A stretch of 60,959 nucleotides of DNA, the filler included, from Nitrospinae bacterium RIFCSPLOWO2_12_FULL_45_22 (GTDB lineage Bacteria; 2-12-FULL-45-22): the NCBI GenBank assembly GCA_001803565.1. It is 4 parts of 4 records of this genome, joined end to end, with 100 filler letters (N's around TTAATTAATTAA, not from the genome) between each part and the next. Parts side by side here need not be neighbours in the genome. Positions count along the whole stretch, not along the records: positions 29,151 to 42,974 come from MHDQ01000292.1; positions 43,075 to 60,959 come from MHDQ01000294.1; 2 more parts are not named here. One strand, written 5' to 3'. The notes beneath the pieces were generated by a model, which saw only the letters and a list, made by a program, of their open reading frames with translations, made no database searches and was not told where the DNA came from. Position numbers and translations under genes: made by a program. Numbering within the stretch: position 1 is the stretch's first letter; the number at the start of each line of letters is the position of its first letter. Of the stretch, positions 34,501-44,757 are shown in pieces.

Positions 34501-35676
34501 TTGAGAAAGAATGTGTGGTTTATTGGCCTGCTAGCTATAGCGGCTATAGGGTTTGCCTGTGTCAGTACCTCGCCAATCCCGGCTACTAAGATGAGCGAGT
34601 CTGTCATGGCACCCCCTCAACTACCTGCTAGTTTACCTCCTCCACCGATAGGTAATGGGGTAGAAAGAAACAAGGTCTATAGAGTAATATTTGACGTCCC
34701 CCAGTACCTCGTTGGACCAGGAGATGTCCTGGAGATTGTGCTGCGGCGCCGCAGTGAGGAGGAGGCTCACACGGTAGTGGTCAGACCGAATGGGACTATC
34801 TCCGTATCTTTCCTTGACGATCTAAAGGTATTAGGGCTAACCACCAGCCAGATAGACGCCCTTATAACCCAGGAGCTGGATCGGTTCGTTAAAAACCCCA
34901 GGGTAGATGTGCTGGTGAAGGGATATACTAGCAAAAAAGTCTCCCTCTTTGGAGAAATAAATATCCTCGAGACCGGAGTTTCCGGGCCAGGAAACTATCC
35001 TCTAACAGGCAAGACTACCCTGATAGACCTGCTGGTAACAGCCGGAGGGGCTAAAACTACCGCTGACCTCAAGAGAGTGAAACTCATCAGGGAGGGGGAA
35101 TCCTATATGCTTAATCTGTATAAGGCCATGTTTGAAGGAAATATACAGCACAATATCATACTGGATGCTGGAGATGTAGTGATAGTACCTGAGCTTTCCA
35201 CCATAGCAGATAAGGTAATAGTCTTGGGAGAGGTGGGCACTCCAGGGATACATCCCTTCAAACAACAAATAGATGTTGCCTCGGCCGTAGGCCTGGCTGG
35301 TGGTTATGGGCTGGATGCTGCAGAGGAAAGTACCCTGGTCATCCGAAAAGATATTACTAATCCCAATACTCCCAGGGTATTCCGAGTAGACCTTAAGAAG
35401 CTCTTCAAGAAGGGTGACCTAGCTCAGAATATAGCTTTGCAGAGTGGGGATATTGTCTATGTCCCCAGAAGCTTTATTGCTGATGCAGCCTATTTTGCAT
35501 CCCGTATTACCCCTATCTTGGATGTCCTTACTTATCCTGGCGTATACCGGAATTTATATACTACCGGTGGAGGGTTACGGATTGACACGGGCTTCCCTAA
35601 GACCAGGGAAGGCGCTCCTAGTACTATCTTCACTATCCCGGTCACCAGAGGTCAAACTGGGGGCACGGGGCAATAG
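34501..35676 (+). CDS. wza: Polysaccharide export lipoprotein (Wza/OPX)
   Basis: Lipobox GFAC; YLVGPGDVL, VRPNGTIS; two SLBB repeats. Confidence 0.9.
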   Translation: MRKNVWFIGLLAIAAIGFACVSTSPIPATKMSESVMAPPQLPASLPPPPIGNGVERNKVYRVIFDVPQYLVGPGDVLEIVLRRRSEEEAHTVVVRPNGTISVSFLDDLKVLGLTTSQIDALITQELDRFVKNPRVDVLVKGYTSKKVSLFGEINILETGVSGPGNYPLTGKTTLIDLLVTAGGAKTTADLKRVKLIREGESYMLNLYKAMFEGNIQHNIILDAGDVVIVPELSTIADKVIVLGEVGTPGIHPFKQQIDVASAVGLAGGYGLDAAEESTLVIRKDITNPNTPRVFRVDLKKLFKKGDLAQNIALQSGDIVYVPRSFIADAAYFASRITPILDVLTYPGVYRNLYTTGGGLRIDTGFPKTREGAPSTIFTIPVTRGQTGGTGQ

Positions 35677-35725
35677 CCTTAAATTTGCGCGGTTGTCGCG
35701 GCAAAAAAAATAGGTCGAGTAAGCC

Positions 35726-37972
35726 ATGAGCAAATATGATCTGAACTTAAGGGATTACTGGCGGATATTACGTAGGAGGAAAAATATTGTCATCTTATCT
35801 ATCTTATTACTTGGTTCCTTTTCCACTTCCCTGGCCACTATCCATAAGCCTCCCCCGCTTTACGAGGCAACGGCCAGTGTCAAGGTAGAACAGGTTAGTA
35901 CCCTCACCGGGCTTTATCTAGAAACTATCTCCTGGAACTCTGCCGACCCTTTGGAGACCCAGGCAGCCATTATCAGGAGCTACCCAATACTGGAAAAAGT
36001 ATCCCAGCGGCTTCACCTGATCCCAGAAGGACTCACTACCCAGGAAATTCAGCAAAATCAAGAATATCTCAAGGTAGTCCTGAGCCTAAAAGACCAAATT
36101 ACTACTGAAAAACTAGGATTTACCAATATCATCAATATCACCGCAACCGCTCCTGAACCTAAATACGCCCAACAATTAGCCAACATCATCGCTCAGGTGT
36201 ATCGGGAAGAAAATATCCGGGAGAAGAACAAACGGACCCGTGATGCCCGCCTCTTTATCGAATCCCAGCTCCGAGTATTAGAAAAGAAACTGGAGGAATC
36301 CCAGGAAAGGGTCCGGACCTTCAGGGAAACGAATAAGCTTATCTCCCTGGATTCCCAGAGTGATGTGGCGCTAAAACACCTGGCCGAAGCGGAGTCACAG
36401 CACAATGTTCTGAATAAGTCCCGGGAGGAGCTAGCTCTTATCTTGAAACAGTTGAGAAACGGACAAGGCATACCAGAAAAGACTATGGAGGGGCTCTTTA
36501 CTGACCAGACCAGCCCTATCTTTTCTAAACTTAACAGCCATCTGGTTGACTTAAGACTCAGGAGGGATACCCTCCTCCTGGATTACCAGCCTAACCATCC
36601 CGAGGTACAGGAGGTAAACTCCCAGATTGACGAAGTGACAAAGAATATGATCCAGGATATCTCTAGCCAGGAGAAGGCTATCCAGAGACAGGAGGAGGCA
36701 CTTAAGAAGGAGATAGAGAGGTTTAAAGGAGATGTCACTGCCTTGCCAGAAAAAGGCCTAACCCTGGCAAGACTGGAACAGGAAGTAAAGATGAACCAGG
36801 AAATCTATACCCTCTTGAAGACCAAGCATCAGGAGGCCCTGATTAAAGAGGCCGAACAGGTGGAAGAAGTAACCATCATCAAACCTTCCCTGGAACCAAA
36901 GGCACCCACCAATCCCCCTAAAATCATGACTACCGGTCTGATAGGGACAATTATGGGAATTATCCTTGGCCTGGCCCTCGCCTTTGTTGTTGAGACCATG
37001 GATACCTCTATCGGGGCTATCGAGGATGTAGAGAGTTTGTTGGGGGTTCCGGTAGTGGGTGTAATACCTCATGTAGACTTAGATGAAATGAGGGAAATGA
37101 TCCGGACAAGATATCGCCAGGCCGAGGACGAGGAGACCTCCAGACGATGGATGCGGCTAGCGACCCATTTTATCCCCCATTCCATGTTAGCAGAAAGCTA
37201 CCGGACCCTCAGGACCAATATCCAATTTATCAACTTTGAACGGAGCGTCAAGATAATATCGTTTACCAGCTCTTCCCCACTAGAGGGTAAGACAACCATT
37301 GTGTCTAATCTCGCTATTGCGGCTTCCCAGGCGGGTAAAAAGACCTTATTGATAGAGTCTGACCTAAGAAAGCCCAGTATCAGCCGGATACTGGGCCTGG
37401 AAAGGTTCCCTGGCCTGACCGATATCCTTTTGGGTAATTATGAATGGCGCGAGGTAGTCAGGAACACGGCTGACCTCATAATGGGGAAAATGGGTATGGA
37501 GGAAGTGTTGTTTACTCCCGGCCTGGATAACCTTAGCATAATAACCTCCGGCCATATCCCCCCTAACCCCTCTGAGCTGCTCAGCTCGTCCAGGATGGCG
37601 GAATTCATTTCCCAGGTATCCAGAGAATACGACCTGGTTCTATTGGACTCCTCTCCGATCCTGTCTTCGGCTGATGCCGCCGTACTGGGCTCGAAGATAG
37701 ATGGGGTTGTTATGGTTTATCTGGTAGGGAAGATTGCCCGGGGAGCCCTCAAACGGGCTAAGGTACAGTTAGAGCAGGTAAATGCCAAGGTCTTGGGAGT
37801 AGTATTAAACGGCCTTAGGCCTGAGATAAGCCCTGATTTTAAGGATTTGAGATACGATTACGAATATGCCTATGGAGCGGGGGATAATAACGAAAACAAC
37901 TCCAGGCGTTGGTCAGCAGTGCTTCAATATATAAAAAGCCGGAAAAAAATGCCTGCACAAGTAACATCTTAA
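35726..37972 (+). CDS. wzc: Polysaccharide co-polymerase/tyrosine kinase (Wzc)
   Basis: Two TMs around a coiled coil; AESYRTLRTN, EGKTT, DLRKP, PPNPSELL; C-terminal Tyr cluster YDYEYAY. Confidence 0.95.
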   Translation: MSKYDLNLRDYWRILRRRKNIVILSILLLGSFSTSLATIHKPPPLYEATASVKVEQVSTLTGLYLETISWNSADPLETQAAIIRSYPILEKVSQRLHLIPEGLTTQEIQQNQEYLKVVLSLKDQITTEKLGFTNIINITATAPEPKYAQQLANIIAQVYREENIREKNKRTRDARLFIESQLRVLEKKLEESQERVRTFRETNKLISLDSQSDVALKHLAEAESQHNVLNKSREELALILKQLRNGQGIPEKTMEGLFTDQTSPIFSKLNSHLVDLRLRRDTLLLDYQPNHPEVQEVNSQIDEVTKNMIQDISSQEKAIQRQEEALKKEIERFKGDVTALPEKGLTLARLEQEVKMNQEIYTLLKTKHQEALIKEAEQVEEVTIIKPSLEPKAPTNPPKIMTTGLIGTIMGIILGLALAFVVETMDTSIGAIEDVESLLGVPVVGVIPHVDLDEMREMIRTRYRQAEDEETSRRWMRLATHFIPHSMLAESYRTLRTNIQFINFERSVKIISFTSSSPLEGKTTIVSNLAIAASQAGKKTLLIESDLRKPSISRILGLERFPGLTDILLGNYEWREVVRNTADLIMGKMGMEEVLFTPGLDNLSIITSGHIPPNPSELLSSSRMAEFISQVSREYDLVLLDSSPILSSADAAVLGSKIDGVVMVYLVGKIARGALKRAKVQLEQVNAKVLGVVLNGLRPEISPDFKDLRYDYEYAYGAGDNNENNSRRWSAVLQYIKSRKKMPAQVTS

Positions 37973-38037
37973 TAAAGAAAGGATCACACTTCTTGCAATG
38001 ACGACCCTATTTTGTCACTCACTATAATATACCAACG

Positions 38038-38823
38038 ATGTATGCCGTTGAAACTCTAAATCTGACTAAGATATTCAGACCCGCGAGGAATATGTTCAGT
38101 CTTAAGTCTCCCCCGGTTAAAGCCATAACCGCCCTATATCAACTGAATCTACAGATAAGAAAAGGTGAGATATTTGCCGTTTTGGGGCCCAATGGTGCCG
38201 GCAAGACCACCCTGATAAAGATTCTCTGCTCTCTTATTACTCCAACCAGCGGGACTGCCCTGATAAATGGTTACGATGTAATAAAAGATGAAGATAAGAT
38301 TAAATCCCTTATCGGATTGGTTATTGGGGAAGAAAGGAGTTTTTACTGGAGATTGACTGGAAGGGAAAACTTAGAATTTTTTGGCGTGCTACATAACTTG
38401 AGTTTACGCGAGGTGCGAAAGAAAGCCGAGGCTATCATGGAACTGCTGGAGATAGAGGACCCCGATAAGAGATTCCACGAATATTCCACTGGTAATAAGC
38501 AAAAACTTGCCCTGGCAAGGTGCCTTCTTTCAAATTCAGAAATTATTTTTATGGATGAACCTACCAAAAGCCTCGATCCAGGTGTGGCATCAAGGCTTAA
38601 GAAGTTTATCAAGGAGGTATTGGTTGAAAAGGGAAAAAAGACCGTATTTTTTTCTACTCATATGATTCAGGAAGCGGAAGAGTTAGCAGATAGAATAGCC
38701 ATTATGGACAAAGGACTGATTAAGGCATGCGGTTCTCTAAACGAGCTAAAGGTCAATGGAGACTCACTGCTCGATCTCTTTAATCGGGTTACAGCAAAGA
38801 GGGGGGCCAGAATTGCTATTTGA
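38038..38823 (+). CDS. ABC-2 transporter ATP-binding protein
   Basis: GPNGAGKT, YSTGNKQ, FMDEPT, STH. Confidence 0.95.
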   Translation: MYAVETLNLTKIFRPARNMFSLKSPPVKAITALYQLNLQIRKGEIFAVLGPNGAGKTTLIKILCSLITPTSGTALINGYDVIKDEDKIKSLIGLVIGEERSFYWRLTGRENLEFFGVLHNLSLREVRKKAEAIMELLEIEDPDKRFHEYSTGNKQKLALARCLLSNSEIIFMDEPTKSLDPGVASRLKKFIKEVLVEKGKKTVFFSTHMIQEAEELADRIAIMDKGLIKACGSLNELKVNGDSLLDLFNRVTAKRGARIAI

Positions 38824-39622
38824 GAAGGTCTGGCTCTTTTTGAAAAGGGACTTTCTAACCACTTCCAGCTATAAATTTGCCTTTTTCTGGGATGCAGCCG
38901 GCATCATAGGAACCATACTTACCTTCTTCTTTATCGGAGAGCTATTTAAGAATAGTCACGTCCCTTTGCTTGATCAATATGGTGGCGACTATTTCTCTTT
39001 TGTTATTATTGGGGTTGCCTTCTCAAGCTATCTGGGCTCTGCCTTAGGAAATTTTGGCGGGGTGATCGGCAATGAGCAGGGGCTGGGTACTATGGAGGCA
39101 TTAATTATGACTCCCACCAGGGTTTCTACCATACTGGTGGCGGGCTCAGTCTGGAATCTCCTCTTTACCACGCTCAGGGTGGCATGTTATTTTTTGGTGG
39201 GAATATTCTTTTTCCATATGGATTTAAAAATGACCAATCTACCGGCTATCATAACTATACTAACACTGTCCATGATCCCTTTTATTTCACTGGGAATCAT
39301 CTCAGCAAGTTTCATACTGGCCTTTAAAAGGGGCGATCCTATCAGTTTCCTCTTCCATGGGGCATCCAAGTTCCTGGCCGGGGCATTTTTCCCCCTAGGG
39401 ATTCTGCCTTTATGGTTCAAGAAGCTTTCACTTTTTATACCCCTTACTTATTCTCTAAGGGCACTGAGAGAGGTACTTTTGGCAGAAGGCACAATGAAGG
39501 AGTTATGGCCCGAGTTAGCTGTCCTTTTACTATTTTCTATAATCCTATTTCCCATTTCACTAAAATGTTTTAAAGTGGCCTTAAAGATGGCCAAGCAGCA
39601 GGGAAGCTTCTGCCAGTATTAA
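38756..39622 (+). CDS. ABC-2 transporter permease (start probably TTG ~38813)
   Basis: About 6 TMs; EQGLGTMEALIMTP; FFPLGILP; IPLTY. Confidence 0.92.
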   Translation: METHCSISLIGLQQRGGPELLFEKVWLFLKRDFLTTSSYKFAFFWDAAGIIGTILTFFFIGELFKNSHVPLLDQYGGDYFSFVIIGVAFSSYLGSALGNFGGVIGNEQGLGTMEALIMTPTRVSTILVAGSVWNLLFTTLRVACYFLVGIFFFHMDLKMTNLPAIITILTLSMIPFISLGIISASFILAFKRGDPISFLFHGASKFLAGAFFPLGILPLWFKKLSLFIPLTYSLRALREVLLAEGTMKELWPELAVLLLFSIILFPISLKCFKVALKMAKQQGSFCQY

Positions 39623-40038
39623 TTTCCATAAGAGTTGTAAATTCTGATGTTATAGATAATCCAACTCCCCAAAAAACGGGATGAAGGTCATACTGAGGGA
39701 GTAAATCGAGCCTGTTAAACCTGACTTTCGGTAATTCTCTATTTGTGTCCTGCTAACTATTTGAAATTATTATTGTTAGCAAAAATATCTCATGTAGTAC
39801 CTTGACTTTGTCACATTTTTAGGGTAACACTTTTTACCCCATGGACCGAAGCCTGACGGGTACCCTCTGGGTGCCATTGGTGGACCTTCCTTACTCCTTT
39901 GCCTTTTCTCCTTCCCTGCCATAACACTTCCCCCCTCTTTTTAGGTTGATTTTCCCAGGGGAAAAGTGTTACCCTATTTTGGGTCAATTTTTATAATTTC
40001 TTTGTAGCAAAAACAATGTACAAAAGTTACGTTTAAGC

Positions 40039-40067
40039 TTGACAAAAGTAAAGAAGAGGGGTATACG
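40039..40067 (+). promoter_or_regulatory. Sigma-70-like promoter abutting the XRE start codon
   Basis: TTGACA, 17 nt, TATACG; ATG 8 nt later with no SD. Confidence 0.55.
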
Positions 40068-40075
40068 TTTGCCCT

Positions 40076-40687
40076 ATGCCAGATAGGGGAGCTAATTTGG
40101 GATACCAAATAGGGAAGAGGCTGAGGGAACTTAGGCAGCAAAAGGGATTAACCCAAAAAGCATTAGCTGGTAAGATCAAGGGAAAGATTGACCAATCTTA
40201 TATTGGCAAGATAGAGCGGGGCGAGCAGCTCCCCTCTATTAAAATCCTTATGAGGATAAGCGAGACCTTCTCTATACCCATAGGTTATTTTTTCCAAGAA
40301 GAGGCCGGCCTTACTGGAATAGCAATAAAACAAGAAAATCTGATCCAGATAGAGGAGTTAAGACAAAGAAGGTTGATCACCAAGGCACTACAGAAGGTTC
40401 ATAGGGATGATGTCCCTTTATTAATCGAGATTATCAATATCCTGTATAAACACCGAGGGAAGAGGGTCAAGCCTAAACTAAAGGCGGGGGTATTGGGGGT
40501 AAGAGAACGACCTGGAGAATATGGAATGGAGGAGCCTAGCCGGGAAGACCTCCTCTTTGCCGAGCATTTTATCCAGAAAATTCTAGCTGGTGAAAAAGGA
40601 GCCTTTTCTTTAGAAGAAAAGGATTTGCGGAAGGCCCTACAGATTGCCCTGGCTCAGCTAAGCAAAGGGCTAGAGGACAAAGGTTGA
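40076..40687 (+). CDS. XRE-family HTH regulator
   Basis: IGKRLRELRQQKGLTQKALA...QSYIGKIERGEQLPS. Confidence 0.9.
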   Translation: MPDRGANLGYQIGKRLRELRQQKGLTQKALAGKIKGKIDQSYIGKIERGEQLPSIKILMRISETFSIPIGYFFQEEAGLTGIAIKQENLIQIEELRQRRLITKALQKVHRDDVPLLIEIINILYKHRGKRVKPKLKAGVLGVRERPGEYGMEEPSREDLLFAEHFIQKILAGEKGAFSLEEKDLRKALQIALAQLSKGLEDKG

Positions 40688-41709
40688 GATAAAAACCCCT
40701 GCTCCTCCGGTACCTTTATTACTATCCGGTCTTCTATCATAGTTCCAGGAGGTAGATAGACCCCTGGGGCTATGATAGCATTCTTTACCCTAACATCATG
40801 AGCTAGCGTTACATTAGACCATAAAATACAACCTTGTACTTTACTCCGCTTGCCTATTGAACAATTATCTCCAATGATAGAGTAAGGGCCGAGGGAACAA
40901 CTGTCCTGCAAGGTAGTATTATCTCCTAAGATCACTGGTGAAAAGATTTTTATCTCTTTTCCTAATCCGTTTGGTATGGCGGTAATAGCCTCTTTTGTCT
41001 TCCCTAAGAAATCTTTGTTAGCTTTAAAATATTTCTCTGGGGTCCCAATATCAATCCAGTAGCCATTAAAGAGGTAGCCATAGACCGGATACCCTTTTCT
41101 TATTAGATTTGGATATACTTCCTCAGAGAATCCACAATATTGATTAGCCGGGATCTCCAGTAATATATCTGGTTCCAGGATATGAATGCCTGTAAACATC
41201 GTCTCATAAGTCCTTTCAGGGATTATAGGGGCAGAGTGGTCTAAAAATTGGATTACCCTCCCATCAGATCCTATTCTGATAAGGCCATATTGTGGGGCTT
41301 CTTTATCCTCTCTCACTACTAAAGTAGCTAAGGCCCCTTTAGCACGATGAAAGGCCAATGCTTCTGTTAGATCCAGGTCTACTAAGGTGTCGCCGTTATA
41401 AAGGATAAAGGTACCTCCTTTCAGGAATTCCTCTACCTTCTTTACGCCTCCGGCAGTACCTAATATTTGGGTTTCATAAGAATAAAAAAGTTTTATGCCC
41501 CAAAGAGAGCCGTCTTTCATAGCCTCATGGATCTGGGGGGCCAGGTGATATAAATTTATTATTATCTCCTTAACGGAGAACTTAGCTAGATATTCGAGAA
41601 TCCAGGCTAAAACTGGTTTGTTCAGCACCGGGAAGAGGGGTTTAGGTAAGATAGTTGTTAAGGGGTCTAGTCTTTGACCCCGACCGGCAGCCAAGATCAT
41701 AGCTTTCAC
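40654..41709 (-). CDS. NDP-sugar pyrophosphorylase (mannose-1-phosphate guanylyltransferase-like)
   Basis: KAMILAAGRGQRL, PKPL, LGTAGG, YWIDIGT; C-terminal hexapeptide repeats. Confidence 0.93.
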   Translation of the reverse strand: MKAMILAAGRGQRLDPLTTILPKPLFPVLNKPVLAWILEYLAKFSVKEIIINLYHLAPQIHEAMKDGSLWGIKLFYSYETQILGTAGGVKKVEEFLKGGTFILYNGDTLVDLDLTEALAFHRAKGALATLVVREDKEAPQYGLIRIGSDGRVIQFLDHSAPIIPERTYETMFTGIHILEPDILLEIPANQYCGFSEEVYPNLIRKGYPVYGYLFNGYWIDIGTPEKYFKANKDFLGKTKEAITAIPNGLGKEIKIFSPVILGDNTTLQDSCSLGPYSIIGDNCSIGKRSKVQGCILWSNVTLAHDVRVKNAIIAPGVYLPPGTMIEDRIVIKVPEEQGFLSQPLSSSPLLS

Positions 41710-41733
41710 TTTTCGCCTTTCCGTAAATTAAAT

Positions 41734-41941
41734 GTAACCGTTCACCCGGCTAAGCCTTATCAGCCACAAAGACACGAAGGCACCAAGAGATACGATCATT
41801 TATCCGGTGTATGACATACGCTGCATGTCCTATGCAGAGCAAGCTCTGCCACTACAGCCTACAAAAAAGTTTGTAGTGGTCGAGCTTGCTCGACCCCCTT
41901 CATGCCTTGGTGACTTAGTGTCTTGGTGGCTGAACGGTTAC
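41734..41941. repeat. Nested palindromic element with GTAACCGTTCA/TGAACGGTTAC termini
   Basis: 11-bp terminal inverted repeat; inner GCCACAAAGACAC/GTGTCTTGGTGGC arms; innermost GAGCAAGCTC...ACTAC/GTAGT...GAGCTTGCTC hairpin. Confidence 0.8.
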
Positions 41942-42063
41942 TTAAGATTTAGTATTTTCTATGTTCATCCGGGTAAAACAGTTGCAATTTAAACTGTTTA
42001 TATGATAAGGTAAAAAAACTGCTAGTCAAGGAAGGAAAGTAATCCCAGGGCGAAGAAGTAGAG

Positions 42064-42974
42064 ATGGGAAAGATAGGGTTTGTCTATGATCCTGCCTATT
42101 TAAGGCATGATACCGGGCCGAGGCACCCAGAAAATCCTACGCGGCTAAAGGCTATTATTAATCATCTGGATGCCGTTGGATTTCGTCAGCTATTAGAGTT
42201 CATTGAGCCTGCCCCGGCACCATTAAACTGGGTGCAGAAAGTACATTCTCTCGAATATATCCAGCGGGTGGAACAAAGCTGTAAGCAGGGATTAACTTTA
42301 TTGGATTCACCTGATACCGGTATAGGCCCGGCCTCTTATGAAGTCGCTCTATTATCGGCGGGAGGCGTCTTAACCGCCATAGATAGGATTATGAATGGGT
42401 TAGTATCGCGGGCCTTCTGTGCTATAAGACCACCAGGCCATCATGCCGAGCGAGACCGGGCGATGGGATTTTGTATCTTTAATAATGTATCTATTGGGGC
42501 ATGCTATTTACGAGAAAAATATGCTATCGAGCGGGTATTGATAATAGATTGGGATAGCCATCATGGCAATGGGACTCAAAGCACCTTTTGGGCGGATCCT
42601 GCTGTTTTTTACTTTAGTGTCCACCAATATCCCCACTACCCTGGTACCGGCTCCCACCTGGAAAAGGGGATAGGGGTTGGCAAAGGCCATACTCTAAATA
42701 TACCTTTACCCGCTGGATGCGGGGATAAAGAATATATCGAGGCCTTCCATGATTTCTTATGGCCGGCCGCAATGACCTTTTCTCCTCAATTTATTCTGAT
42801 CTCTGCCGGATTTGATGCCCACCGAGACGACCCTTTATCTGGGATGATGGTTACTGAAGATGGTTACGAGGAGATGACTAGGATAGTGTTAGAAATTGCC
42901 TTACAAAAATGTCAGGGTAAAATTGTTTCGGTCTTGGAGGGTGGATATAACCTCATAGCCCTAAGCCATTCTTT
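42064..42974 (+). CDS. Histone-deacetylase-family amidohydrolase (3' truncated)
   Basis: HPENPTR, RPPGHHA, GFCIFNN, DWDSHHGNGT, SAGFDAH, LEGGY. Confidence 0.96.
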
Positions 42975-43074
42975 NNNNNNNNNNNNNNNNNNNNNNNNNN
43001 NNNNNNNNNNNNNNNNNNTTAATTAATTAANNNNNNNNNNNNNNNNNNNNNNNNNNNNNNNNNNNNNNNNNNNN
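42975..43074. other. Artificial contig linker
   Basis: N run - TTAATTAATTAA - N run. Confidence 0.98.
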
Positions 43075-44090
43075 TCCTTCACTACAGATGCATTGCCGCC
43101 TATATTTGTCGTAATTATTGGAATTTTACATGCCATTGCTTCTAAGAGAGACAAGGGTAAGCCTTCTAAACGTAATGTAGGTAAAACAAATAAGTCAGCA
43201 GCATTTATGTAGTCAGGTAACATTTCGATGTCTATCATGCCGGCGAATATTACCTGATTTGCAACGCCTAATTGGATAGCCAGCTTCTTTGCCTCTTCGA
43301 GAAAACTTCCTCCCCCTACAACCAAAAGACTGATATTTTTTTCACTTGCCATGAGAGATGGCAATAGTTTAATCAATAAATGGAGACCTTTTTGCGGGGT
43401 TACATGACTCATGAATAAGATGGTTTTTTGTCCCAAAAGTTGAGGATATTTATCGATAATTCTTTGTCTGGCGGTTTCATCCGGTTTAAATCTGTTTAAA
43501 TCGACGCAATTGTAGATAACCGCGACCTTGTCTTGATTTATAAAGAACCACTTTTTTAAGGAATCCGCAACTTCATGGGCGGGTGCTATAATGACATCAC
43601 TCACCCGGAAATTATAAAGTTCCCACCGAAGATAAGTATAGAAGAAAGAAACCACACTTTTGAATATACTTTTAATATCATTAGTGTAATTTAAAAATCT
43701 ATTGATCTCAGATAGCATGACCCAGCCCTCATGTGCCTGAATCATAGTTATAATAGGAATATTTTTTCTTAATGCTCTTTGTATGTCTGGGAATATAGGC
43801 TGTTGCGCGAAAATTAAATCAAATCTTTCCGTTTTATTTAAGTCTAAAAACTTTCTGTAACTTTCCTTAGCCCACCCATGCCTCGCTGAGCTAAACTTTG
43901 TGTGACGCAAATAATGTAGTTCGATGTTCCCTATCTTTTCAAATTCAATACCTCTGGGATTCTTGGAAGAAACGACGGTAATTTTGTGACCACGACTTGC
44001 CAAACCTTCGAGCAATAATTTTCCGTGATTTTCCATTCCACCCCGGAGCCCATGCCAATATGTAACAATCGAAAAAAAGCAAATGTTCAT
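43075..44090 (-). CDS. GT4 glycosyltransferase (3' truncated)
   Basis: GGMENH, KGLHLL, EGLPLSLLEAMAC; ATG at 44090 overlaps the upstream stop (ATGA). Confidence 0.92.
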
Positions 44091-44755
44091 TTTTTGGGAT
44101 AGCATTCCACAAAAATAGTTGAGCTGAATAGCTGCGGGAATTTTTTGGCGAAAAATTTCAGACGATCTCCATAACCCCAACAACGATTTACGTGCAAACT
44201 TGAATCCGTCAACCTTTTTTCTATGTTCTTTAGGACAAATGCGTGAATATGTTCTGGATTGAAAATTTCGGGATGTGGCAGAACACCTCTCAACAGTTGA
44301 AGGCGATAGCGCCAGTACGCGAGATTTGGTACCGAGATGAGAGCTTTTCCGGTAGGTTTTAATAGGCGATATATTTCTCTAAGAATGTGGGTTACGTCAT
44401 ATACATGCTCGAGCACTTCCATACATAACACGGCATCATATTTGTTATCTTCCATGGGAACATCTTCCACATCGATGTTTATGTTCCAGCATAAATCGTA
44501 GAACTGAGAAGCCTTTCTTAAGGCTTCTCTTGAGAAATCGAGACCGTGAATTTCAATTTTGGGACGTATCTCATTAACCAGTTGCGCAAATACTCCTGTG
44601 CCACATCCAATATCCAATAGTATTTGAGGCCTGTTTTTTTCGACCCATGTTCTCGCAATCAAAGTTCTCGGGAGAGGATTTAAATTATTGCTTTCTATTT
44701 GACTTTCTGTCCAATGCTTGTCGTGTAATGATTTAGCTGTGAATGTTTTTCTCAT
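44087..44755 (-). CDS. Class I SAM methyltransferase
   Basis: LLDIGCGTG, EVLEHV, SVPN. Confidence 0.92.
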   Translation of the reverse strand: MRKTFTAKSLHDKHWTESQIESNNLNPLPRTLIARTWVEKNRPQILLDIGCGTGVFAQLVNEIRPKIEIHGLDFSREALRKASQFYDLCWNINIDVEDVPMEDNKYDAVLCMEVLEHVYDVTHILREIYRLLKPTGKALISVPNLAYWRYRLQLLRGVLPHPEIFNPEHIHAFVLKNIEKRLTDSSLHVNRCWGYGDRLKFFAKKFPQLFSSTIFVECYPKK

Positions 44756-44757
44756 AG

